Under the pieces are notes generated by a model. It was not told where the DNA came from, did no database searches, and saw nothing but the letters and a program-made list of their open reading frames with translations. DNA of 62,967 nt, the filler included, from Reclinomonas americana ATCC 50394 (taxonomy: Eukaryota): assembly GCA_048213135.1 (NCBI GenBank). It is 17 parts of 17 records of this genome, joined end to end, with 100 filler letters (N's around TTAATTAATTAA, not from the genome) between each part and the next. Parts side by side here need not be neighbours in the genome. Positions count along the whole stretch, not along the records: positions 19,166 to 27,224 come from AFZH01019831.1; positions 27,325 to 30,327 come from AFZH01019832.1; positions 30,428 to 40,631 come from AFZH01019833.1; 14 more parts are not named here. One strand, 5' to 3'. Numbering within the stretch: position 1 is the first letter of the stretch; each line of letters begins with the position of its first letter. Position numbers and translations under genes: made by a program. This document shows positions 25,236-36,165 of the stretch, piece after piece.

Positions 25236-26324
25236 ATGTCATCAGTTCCTCCTCTCATCTGCCGACTCTTGCACGATCAATCCATGGCGAGCTGCATTGC
25301 GATCACTCCCGACAGTCGGCACATTTTCAGCGCGGGCGGGTCGCTCCCTGACGCACACGATGCCACGATTCGAGTGTGGTCGCTGGTGAGCTGCCGTGTA
25401 GTGTGGCAACTGCCTGGCAGCTGCGGAGCTCTAGCTTCAATCACTGTCAGTGCCGACGGCCAGCATGTGGTTGGAGGTGGGAAGTATGACAACGCAGTGT
25501 GGTCACTGGAGAGTGGAAAACAAGTGCGGCGACTCAAGGGACACATAAGAAAGGTGAACGCGGTCGCTGTCACCCCCGATGGCCAGCACATTGTGAGTGG
25601 CAGTGATGACAACACGGTGCGTGTGTGGTCGGTGGCGAGTGGAGCGCAGGTGCGGCTACTGCCGCATTCGTTTGCGGTAAACGCGGTCGCTGTCACATCT
25701 GATGGTGCGCACATTGTGAGCGGTGGCCGTTCTGACAACACGGTGCATGTGTGGTCACTGGCAAGTGGAGAGAAGGTGCGACTATTGGAGAGAGTTGGAG
25801 GTGTCGTGTCGATTGCTGTCACTCCTGACGGGCAGCACGTGGTGTGCGGCGGCAGGGGTGACATTGCGCGTGTTTGGTCGCTGGCGAGTGGCGTGGAGGT
25901 ACGGCAACTTCCTGTGAGCGGCAGCGTGGTTTCGGTTGCTGTCTCCCCCGATAGTCGGTACATCGTGACAGGGAGCTACGGCAGCACAGTGCAGGTGTGG
26001 TCACTGGCGAGTGGGAAAGAGGTACAACGGCTGCAAGCGCAAGAGCAGTGTGTGTATGCCGTCGCCGTGACAGCCGACGGCCAGCACATTGTGAGCGGCA
26101 ATACATACAACTCTATATGTGTGTGGTCGTCTCCGTGTGGCCTCGCTCGATGTGAGGTGGAGTGCGCGCGTGCGGCGATGCTCGCCGTGCAGGAGATGCA
26201 GCGCGATGGAGAAGAAGAGATGGACTCGCGCTGCCTGCCGGAGATGGTGTTGCGGTGCTTTTTGGTGGAAGATGCAGAGGCCGTTCTCTATCGATGCTCT
26301 ACAGATGACGGAATGCGCCTGTGA
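25236..26324 (+). CDS. 7-bladed WD40 protein, array copy 5, head-to-head with the NACHT gene
   Basis: MSSVPPLICR start and tail SPCGLARCEVECARAAMLAVQEM...SRCLPEMVLRCFLVEDAEAVLYRCSTDDGMRL. Confidence 0.9.
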   Translation: MSSVPPLICRLLHDQSMASCIAITPDSRHIFSAGGSLPDAHDATIRVWSLVSCRVVWQLPGSCGALASITVSADGQHVVGGGKYDNAVWSLESGKQVRRLKGHIRKVNAVAVTPDGQHIVSGSDDNTVRVWSVASGAQVRLLPHSFAVNAVAVTSDGAHIVSGGRSDNTVHVWSLASGEKVRLLERVGGVVSIAVTPDGQHVVCGGRGDIARVWSLASGVEVRQLPVSGSVVSVAVSPDSRYIVTGSYGSTVQVWSLASGKEVQRLQAQEQCVYAVAVTADGQHIVSGNTYNSICVWSSPCGLARCEVECARAAMLAVQEMQRDGEEEMDSRCLPEMVLRCFLVEDAEAVLYRCSTDDGMRL

Positions 26325-26626
26325 GGGAAGTGGGGAAGAGAGGAAAGAGGGGGAAGACGGAGGAATGGTGGCTCTTTCTTGTGTATTTGTAAACTTTCGA
26401 CGTCGGATGAATGTAAGAGAAGTAAACTCGATTTCGAAGTGCAGGTTCGAGAGTCCAGTGCACGAGGGTACAGAGCCTGCACAATAACCGCTGGGTTTAG
26501 GATATCAGGCGTACAAGAGCAACCATTTGAAGAAAACGTCGACTTCACGAATACATTGGTAACCGTTGAACAGGACAATCTATCCTCGCGCGCTTTCAGA
26601 GAGAAGAGAGAGAGAGGAAGACGACA

Positions 26627-27068
26627 ATGGCGCTCTACGCACAAGTCATCGACGGCGACGGGCAATACACATATCCTTCTTGACGCCACTTTCGCGCCCA
26701 TTCTTCTTCTCATTGATCACTCTGTTCAACCTTGACTCTCTCTCTCTCTCTCTCTTCTTTGTTTGTTTGTGTGTGAAGCGCACTGGCGAGCTGGAGGCTG
26801 CTTTGGAGTCGGGTGGACTGACGGATCGTGGACTCGGCTACACAGTGTTGGCCGTGCTGGGATGCCAGAGCTCAGGAAAGAGTGAGTAAGGGAGAAGACA
26901 ACTCATTTTGCCGCGCTCTTTTGTCACACACACACACACACATGCACACACACACACACACACGCACTTGCACACACATGATCACACACCTCGTCGTGTG
27001 TCACTGACAAGAGAGTGTGATCAAAGAGACAAGAAGGCCAACTCACCTCAGTCTCTCTCTCTCTCTCT

Positions 27069-27150
<82 letters not shown>

Positions 27151-30100
27151 CTACTCTCTCTACTACTCTCTCTACTCTACTACTCTCGCTACTCTACTAC
27201 TACGTACCGTACGTACGTACGTACNNNNNNNNNNNNNNNNNNNNNNNNNNNNNNNNNNNNNNNNNNNNTTAATTAATTAANNNNNNNNNNNNNNNNNNNN
27301 NNNNNNNNNNNNNNNNNNNNNNNNACTTAATTTAACTAAACGGTTAAAGTTTAACGAAGTAGTGGTAGTACTAACGAAGAACGAACGAAAGGAACCGAAC
27401 CTACTACCTACTCCTCTCTCTCTCTCTCTCTCGTCTCTCTCTCTCTCTCTCTGTTCCTCTCTCTCTCTCTCTGTTCCTCTCTCTCTCTCACACACACGCA
27501 CACTCTGTTCCTCTCCACATGATCACACACCTCATCGTGTGTCACAGACAAGAGAGTGTGAACAAAGAGACAAGAAGACTAACTAATCTCCTCTCTCAGT
27601 CTCCCTCTCCCTTCCTCTCTCTCTCTCCCTCTCTCTCCCTCTCTCTCTCCCCTCTCCCTCTCCCTCTCTCTCCACGTGTCACAGACAAGACAAAAAAAGC
27701 CGACTCATTTCAGTATCTTCTCTGACAACTCATCTCTCTCTCCTTCTGCCCTCTCACTCTCTCATTCTCCCTGTTGCCTCACGTGTCCATCACCACATGG
27801 ACACTGTATGTGTTTCTTGTTTGAGCAAATGCCGATCATCTGCAACTGCTGATTGCTGCATGCTCGTGTTGCGCTTCAGGCACGCTGCTCAACATGCTCT
27901 TTGGCCTGCAATTCCCCATGATGGAGGCCTCGAGTGGGCGTCATCAGACCACCCGCGGTGTGTACGCCTCCACCGCCAATTCGCCTCCGCTGGAGGGCGC
28001 CTGCCGCGGACGCATCATGGTGTTCGACACGGAGGGCACCGACTCGCGAGAGCGTGCGGAGCGCAGTGCCTCGTTTGAGCGCAAGATCGGCCTCTTTGCA
28101 CTGGCCGTCAGCGACGTGCTGCTCATCAACTTGTGGATGGCCGACATTGGGCGGTACAATGCCGCCAACTATGCCCTGATCAAGAACGTGTTTGAGCTCA
28201 ACCTGCAATTGTTCCAAGTCGAGCAGTTGCGCATCTCCCCTTCCTGACTCAGTCCTCTCCCGTCCGCTCACTCCTTATTTTGGCGGGGACGAGCGCAGCA
28301 GCAAGAAGACGACCATCTTGTTCGTGATCCGCGACCACATTCGGCAAATGACGCCGCTAGAGCGCCTGCAGGAGCAGGTGATTGACGACATGAACACGAT
28401 CTGGAGCCAGCTGAGCAAGCCGGACGCGTTTGCCAGCTCGCGCGTCGAAGATTTCTTCACGCTCCGTTTCTGCTCGCTGTCGCACAAGGTGCTGGCGGGC
28501 GAGGACTTCAACGCCGATGTGCGACAAATGCGTGATCGGTGTGTGTGGGGAGAAGGAGGAGGAGGAGGAGGGGGAGAAGGAGAAGAACGGAAGACGGTAG
28601 AGAGGGTGGGACGACGACGACGACGACGATATGTCATTCTCCTTCTCCTTTTCCCTTGTCTCGTCCTCGCTTCCTCTTCCTCTTCTTCTTCTTCTTCTTC
28701 TTCTTTGTCCTCTCCCTTCTCACTCTTTTTCGTCTTCCTTCCCTCCTTCCTCCATCCTTCTCCTTCTCCTCCTTGGTGCGTTTTATCCCCTGCCATTCTT
28801 TGTACTTTTCTCATCCTCCTTTCACTGTCTGCCTTTCGCTATCTTCCTCTCTTGTCTGTGTGTCATTCTCTACTCCCTGTCGCTCTCGCTGTCTGTCTTT
28901 AACTCTCGCATTCTGTGTGTGTCATTCTCTCCACTCTGTCATTCCTTTTCTCTTCCTATCTCTCTCTCACTCTCTCTATGTCTGCCATTCGCTCTCTTCT
29001 TCTCATGTCTGCATGTCATTCTCCTCTCCCTGTCTTTCTTTTTTCTCTTTCTCGCTCTCTGTGTCTGTCATTCGCTCTATTCTTCTCATGTCTGCATGTC
29101 ATTCTCCTCTCCCTGTCATTCTTTTTCTCTTCTCGTGCTCTCTATGTCTGTCTTTTGCTATCTTCTTCGTCATTCTCTTCGCCCGTCCCAGTCGCTGTCT
29201 CTCTTCCTTCTCCGTCTCTGCCTCTGTTCAACTTCGCTGCCTCTCTTCGCCTTCTCCGTCTCTCGTCAACTTCTTCCTCTGTGTGTGTGTGTCTCTCTCT
29301 CTCTCTGCATCAGGTCTTTCGCTTCTCTTCTTCTCCGTCTCTCTCTCTCTCTCTTCTCGCACTCTTCGTCGTTCTCCTATCTGCTCTCTTTCTCTTTCCC
29401 TTTCTCTTTCCCTTTCTCTTCTTCCTCTCCTTCTCTGACTTTCTCTCTTCGCCATTCTCTTGTCTCCGTCTCTCTCCCCCCTTCTTTCTCCCTTCGTCTC
29501 TGCCTGCTACTCTCTCGTCCGCTCCGTCACCCTCGTCGAATCTTTTCCCCCTCTACCCTCCCTCCCTCCTTGCTCCTTCCTCTCGCCTTCCCCTTCCGCC
29601 CTCTCACTTACCCCTCACTCCCTCCTCCCCTCTCCCCCTCAGGTACTTTTCGCTCTCGGGGGCGGACTCTGTGCTGACGGTCCCGCCGGAGCCGAAGCGA
29701 GTGCCCGCCGACGGCTTCTCGGACTATGCACGCAATCTGTGGGATGCCATTCGTGCCAATCGCGACCTCGATCTGCCGACGGAGCGGCAAGTGGTGTCCA
29801 CCTTCCGCTGCACCGGCATTCTGCAGGAGGTGATTCAGACGCGTGCGCAGCCGCTGTTTGATCGCATCAGCACGGACTATCACCGTCACAACATGGCCTA
29901 CAATCCGTTTGGGTTGTCGGTACAGGAGATGCTCGAGGCGTGCTATGGTAAGGAGGGGGAGAAAGGGAAGAGAAGGGGGAAGGAGAGGGAAGAGAGGGAG
30001 GAGAAAGTAAGGGAAGGAGAGAAAGAGGAAGAAAGACGCAAAGAAAGAAAGAAAGAAAGAGAGAGGAGCTTGAAGAGGATGCGGACAGATGCAGATGACG

Positions 30101-30160
30101 GATGTGTGCACAAAGACAACGGCATAGATCACAGACTTGCAGTGAAGAGAATAATCGCAG

Positions 30161-30213
<53 letters not shown>

Positions 30214-33200
30214 AGAAGAGAGAGTGTGGAGAGAGAGAGAGGAGGAGGAGAGAGTAGTTAGTAGTAGTAGTTCGTCTTACTTTCGTTACGTACGTACGTA
30301 CGTACGACGACGACGACGACGAGGTAGNNNNNNNNNNNNNNNNNNNNNNNNNNNNNNNNNNNNNNNNNNNNTTAATTAATTAANNNNNNNNNNNNNNNNN
30401 NNNNNNNNNNNNNNNNNNNNNNNNNNNAGAGAGAGAGAGAGAGAAAGAAAGAGGGAGAAAGAAAGGGTGTGTGAGAGAGAGAGCGAGGGAGGTAGAGCAT
30501 TGTAAGTGATTGCATTCTTCGTGACACTGGTACACAGAGAGTTCGTCGTCTTCTGAATGTCAACGTCGGTGGTCATCTCTGTTTTTGCGTGTGTGCTCTA
30601 TTTTCTTCCTCTCTCACCTTCACATCTTGCACGTGCACTCCTGTCTTCGCAGGCTGTCGTATTTGGCGCTTTCTTCTGTTTCATTCTCTCCTCCCCTCTC
30701 CCCTTGCCCCTGCGTCTGCTCATTCCACCCTTGTCACCATTCTCATCTTGCACTTGCACTCCTGTCTTCACAAGCTGTCGAATTTCGCCTTCGCTTTCTT
30801 CTGGTTCATTCTCTGCCACCGTTCTCCTCCCCTCTCCCCTTCCCTCTGCGTGTGCTCTTTTTGCACCGTTCTCATCTTGCACGTGCTCCCCTGTCTTCAC
30901 CAGCTGTCGAATTTCGCCTTTCCATTCTCTGCCACCGTTCTCCTCCCCTCTCCCCTTCCCTCTGCATGTGCTCTTTTTGCGCCTTCACATCTTGCACGTG
31001 CTCTCGTGTCTTCACATGCTGTCGAACGTCGCCTTCCTTTTCTTCTGTTTCATCCCGTGTGTGCTCATTTCTTCCAGTTGTCATTCATTCTGCATGCGCT
31101 TTCCTCTCTTCACGAGCAGTCGAGCTCCGCCTCTCCTTCTTTCTCTTTCACTCACATCCCTTCCCCATCTCTCCCCTCCCACAGGCGACTACGAGAAGCG
31201 CACTCAGTTCTACGACCCGGAGATCCGCGCCACCAAGCGCCGCGAGTTGCACGGCAAGCTGATGGAGCTGTTCCAGCCACTGTACGTGCGACAGCTGTCG
31301 TTCCTGCGCCACCGTCTGCTGGCCGTGTTTGCGCGTGACTTTGACGACGTGCTGCGTGAGGCGCCCGTGTGCGTCAAGTTCACCGACACGTTCCGCGAGC
31401 TGCGCGGCAAGATCATGGTGGAGTTTGTGCAGGGACTGCAAGGTGTGGGCGATAAAAAAGGAAAGAGAGAAAGAATATTTTTACTCACCCCTTCTCCCAC
31501 ATTTGCGCACAGCCGAGACCTCGGAGGCCGCCACGTGGACGGAGGGTGCCGAGGAGCGCAAGTTGCTGGAGGAGGAGCTGGATCGCGTGATTGCCACTTC
31601 GCGTCGATCGCAGATTGACGCGCTGCACATTTTGCTGCGCAACAAGACCGAGCAGCGTGTGCGCGGCGAGATGCAGCCGGTGCTCAACAGCCAGAGCGAC
31701 AATCTGTGGACGGCGGCCAAGGAGATTCGTGAGCAGCTGCTGAAGGCGACGGAGAAGGATTTGATGCCGTATGTCATTGGCTTTGAGATGAGTGACGCGG
31801 AGAAGGAGAGCCTGCAAAAGGCGCTGCATGATGCCGTCGACACGGGCATTCTCGCTTGCTTCCGCGATGCTGTTGAGCGGCTGGGTGGTGCGCTGCGCAA
31901 TCGGTGAGTGGGAAGGGGGGAGAAAAAGGGGAAAGGGAGGGAAAAGGGGAGAAAGCTGAGGAAGAGAGGGAGAAAGCAGAGGGAGAGAGAGGGAGGTGGG
32001 AGGGGAAAAATAAGAGGAAGATGATCTGTTGTTACCGAGAACGCAGGGCGTGAGAGAGCGAGACTGAGGGGGAAGAAGTCTGCTTCTGCGACGGAGGAGC
32101 AAGTCGATCTGATCCTTAAGGATGGGGTGATCGAGAACAGGGTGAGCGGGGAGAGAGACGACAAGATCGATCGAGAGTCATTTGAGCTGCTGAGAGCACG
32201 CCAGAGAAGCAAGGCGATCTGATCCTTGAGGATGGAGTGAATGAGTGTCGGGAAGCCAGAAAGAATGACGGGAGAGAGAGGGAGAGAAACGGAGAGTCAT
32301 TTGCGCTGCTGAGTGCAGACGACAAAACGATTTGATCGTTGAGAATGTAGAACCAGTGCAGGAAAAATAGCGAGAGGGGAAGAACTTCGGTCGGGCCAGA
32401 AACGATGAAGTCCTTTGAGCTTCTACATTCATGACAGGGGGGCAAAGGATCTAATCGTTGAGGGCGGAGTGAACGAGAGCAAGAAAGGAAAAAGAGAGCG
32501 AGGGAGGGGGAAAGATGTCATGTGAGCTGCTGAGTGCATGACAAAAGCACCAAAATCTAGTTGACGAGGAGGGGAGAGAGAGACAGAGACAGAGACGAGT
32601 CTCACGAAGAGAGGAACGGGGAGTCATGAGCGCTACCAAGTGCTCGACAGAGAACAACACAATCTTGTTGACAGGAGAGAGAGATTGTTCAGCGCTCACT
32701 CACCTGTTTTACATCCCAGCTTCGACGACGAGTTCAAGCGCGACGCTTCGGGCATGCCGCGCAACTTTGTCAGCGAGCAGCAGATCCGCGAGTGCTTCTC
32801 GCGTGCACGACGCTCGGTGATGCGCTCGCTCGACGACTTGTTTGTGTTCCGCTTGACGAACCCCTACGACGAGTTGCATCTGTTTGACATTGACGCACCG
32901 GTGAGTGCTGTCGACCAGGGAAGATGGAATGGATCATGAAACCAAACCCTTTCCTCATCATTGCAGGACTCGGCCGTCAACGACGTGTATGCCGTGGTCA
33001 ACTTCCCGCGCGGCGACAAGGCCGAGCAGGCCGCCGAGGCCGGTCATTTCCTCATCGATGTGCGTGCCGTGCACGATCTGCACCGCCAGCTGACGCTGCA
33101 CGCGGAGAGCTCGTTCAACGATGCGGCCAATGCGCTGGTGAGTGCGAGTGCGCCGCGACACGATGCAAAGAAGTCTCTCACTCTACTACCGTACAGAGGC

Positions 33201-33691
33201 GCAACGAGGCCGCTCGCGGTCTCCCGCTGTGGGTGTACGGTGCGTGCACAATCCACTTTCCTTGCACAAACAATGACAAACTCACCGACAAGATTCCCAC
33301 GTTTGCAGCGCTGTTGGTGATTCTCGGCTGGAATGAGTTTGTGGCCGTGCTGTCGCACCCGATCGGCCTGGTGCTGCTCATCGGTGCCGCCACGCTCGCC
33401 TACATGTACTACCAAGTGCCGCAATTCCGCGCCTACCTGGCACTCTTTGGCCTCGGTGCGTGTTTGGCGATGTTCGTGTCGCGTCGCGAGTCATGCTCTT
33501 ACTGTCTCTCTCTCTCACACACAGCGGCACCACTGGCTGCGGCGGCTCCTGCGGCTGCAAGCGCCCCAGCTGCGCCAGCCAACAAGGAGTCGCCGGCACC
33601 GTCGCCGACACGCAGCGCCGCCGCACCCTCCGCTTCGTCGGGATCATCATCGTCGGAGAGCGGCAGCGGACTCCGCCGACGCATCACGTGA
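26627..33691 (+). CDS. SEY1: SEY1/RHD3 atlastin-like ER-fusion GTPase, multi-exon, spanning two gaps
   Basis: MALYAQVIDGDGQYT|GELE...YTVLAVLGCQSSGKS|TLLNMLF, QTTRG, DTEGTDSRER, FERKIGLFALAVSDVLLINLW, LFVIRD, VPADGF...WDAIRANRDLDLPTER and C-terminal LPLWVYALLVILGWNEF. Confidence 0.95.
26671..26783 (+). other. U12-type AT-AC intron (SEY1 intron 1, 113 nt)
   Basis: 5' splice site ATATCCTTCT, branch-like CCTTGAC at 26730-26736, 3' end ...CGCAC. Removing it joins AC|T (Thr) and restores the frame. Confidence 0.85.
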
Positions 33692-34799
33692 GCACCGAGA
33701 AATCCAGCACGACAAATCAGGCGAGGAAGGCTTCTTTCTTCTCTTTTACACCAACCGCCCATCATCATTACACGAAATCAACCACATGCCGCGAGTCGCC
33801 AATGAGCAGGAGAGCAGGTGCAGGGATGGGTGTTATCTCGATTTGCACACCAGTGGTCAGTTTTGCGAATCGCATCAGGGGGCTCTTTGTGCACACCAGT
33901 GGCGCATCTGTGGTCAGTGTCGCCAGGAAGAGAATCGTAGCAGACGGGCACTGTGCAGAGAAGGGCGTCGGAGCAGGTGAGAGTTACTCCGAGAAGAGAG
34001 CACGTGGCTGTTCAACGCATCTGTGATCAGAGACGAGCACGAGAATCGTGACGCAGAGTGGCCGTCTCTTCTTCACCACGCAAACCAGTGGCAGCCAGCT
34101 GGCTGAAGAGCAACGAAGAAAGTGTGTCCTTGTTTCCTTGTTGTACACCAGTGGCGAGTTGTCATTGTGCATCTTCGATCGCTGATGCCAGGCGAGTGAG
34201 AATCGCAGAGCACAGATGGCCTTCTCCTTCATCAAGCCTTGCAGAGGCTGGCGCAAGTGATCACTGAAAGGCAGGAATGAAAGAAACAAGCGCCTGTTTC
34301 CCTGTATTTGCACGAAAGAAGATCGTTGTCTTCTGTGTCTTCGATCGCTGGCCAGGCGAGAGAATCGCAGCAGAGAGGCCTTCCTCTTTGCTCAGCCACA
34401 CAGTGGCAGGCTGGCACGCGATCACTGAAAAGCATGCGCAAGAAGGAAGTGAGTGCCAGTTTCCCTTGTATGTTGCACAAGAGTGGTGAGTTGTCTTATG
34501 CTGTCTGCGATCGGTGACAAGCGCAAGACAACACAGAGGCCTTGCCCTTACACTCAGAGGCCCAGAAAGCAAGTGCGATTTCACAGGTGTCATTGTGCAG
34601 AGAGAGAATCGCCACCCGCCGCCTCTTGCTCTTCTCAATGTACACAAACATTCATTCATTATTACACAACCACACAGCGCACGAAGACAGCTGCCTGTCA
34701 TGCGGCGACCGAGAGCATCTGTAATGCGACACCAACTGCACGCAACAATCAATCAGTCAGTGAACTGCCATCACAACAAGAAACACCCCTCCGTGACTC

Positions 34800-35159
34800 A
34801 CCACTGCCAGCGGCAATGCGCGCGCCACTGCTCAACGCTCGCATGCGTTTAACGACCGGAGCAGGCGGAGCAACAATGGCGGTTGCTGCAATCTTCTTCT
34901 CGTCATTGCCAAATGCAACAGCACGCTCTTCCGCGGGCGAGAACATGCCGTGCTCATCGTCATCGGCCTTCCATGAGTGATCATCACAGTCGTCGTCATC
35001 ACAGTCAGTGTCGACTTGCTCGTCTTGTGAAGGAGGCAGAGGTTGTGTTGTTCGGGTTGTTGTTGTCTTGCGCAGCTTGCGTTCAGTGATGGTGGCGATT
35101 ACAGTGAAGAGGATGATCAGCACGTAGAGTGCCATGTAGAAGCAGGAGGAGACGGCCAT
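34800..35159 (-). CDS. Possible first exon of an uncharacterised protein with an N-terminal TM/signal anchor and an acidic tract
   Basis: ACAAAATG start context, hydrophobic MALYVLIILFTVIATI, and a GTGAGT donor near 34800. Downstream exons not resolved. Confidence 0.35.
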
Positions 35160-36165
35160 TTTGTTGTTGGTCAGCGCTCACAGGCGGGCAAGAAAGATTG
35201 CTTTTTGAGTCGGGTTCGTCGGATTGCGAGCTCCGCGTCTGTCCGAGCGGGCGCGAGCGCGAGCGCCGACGCCGATCCGCATTTTGCTCCGATTCACCGC
35301 GCGGGAAAACTGTTTGTGTGTGTCGCGAGAGATGGTTGGTGTGGAGTGGGAGGAGAAGAAGGCAGCGCACGTGCTACGCGTGTGCTGCTGGATGAAAACG
35401 AGCAATGTTTCGTGCAATGTTCGATTTGGTTATTATTACCTCCCACCGATTTAGCACTTTGCGGAAGACCGTGCTGACGCATGCATGGTTAGGTTCTTGG
35501 CATGGCAGCAGTCGGTGTCGGAGCGCGGAGTCGCTCACGGAGCATGGTTCTGAATTCGAACAACACAAGTTGGAAATTCGTTCGAGCACTGCTCGCGATC
35601 GGCAGCACGCTCTGCTCCCGGAAACGAAACGGAAATGGTGTATTTGGGTGTGCTGCCGATGATGCAGACGACAGCACCACCGGATCTATCTGAACGCTTT
35701 TTCTTCATGATCATTTCTCTTGCAGAATTCGAAACGCCAGCCATCGTTTCCGTGCTGTCTCTGTTTCTGGTGCTCACTCAAGATTGTGATCATCATGCAG
35801 CTGTTGCTGTTGTTGTGAGTTCATGCTTGTCACGAGTCATGCATGGTTTCACTGCTGAAACGCCAGCGTAAGGCATCTCAACTTTCTCTCACACTGTTTC
35901 CGTAAAGTCTGTCTCTGGTGCGCACTCAAGTTGGGTGTACAGTGATCATCACCCAGCTGCGTTGTTACGTGGCTCACAAAGATTGTTGTTATTGCTGTCA
36001 TTCTCTTGTACGGTGCTTCTCACACGTCTTAGTCTTCGTGTCTCTGACGCACACCCATCACAATGACCACCGCCATGCTGCTGTGTGCCTCTGCTAACCG
36101 GCACACAGCCGACCATCCCAGTCTGTGTATCCAGTCTCGCCACAAACGACTGCTTCCAATCGATT

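Noticed and set aside
27150..27400. TACGTACGTACG runs and odd ACT/TAA-interspersed sequence at contig ends (also ~30260-30327)
   Set aside because: This matches TACG flow-order noise of pyrosequencing at low-quality read ends next to microsatellites, so it is most likely an artefact.
28539..29677. Long S/L/F- or R/E-rich ORFs (also 395-1527, 12232-13536, 39077-40534, 46324-47478)
   Set aside because: These are stop-poor translations of CT/GA low-complexity intron sequence.
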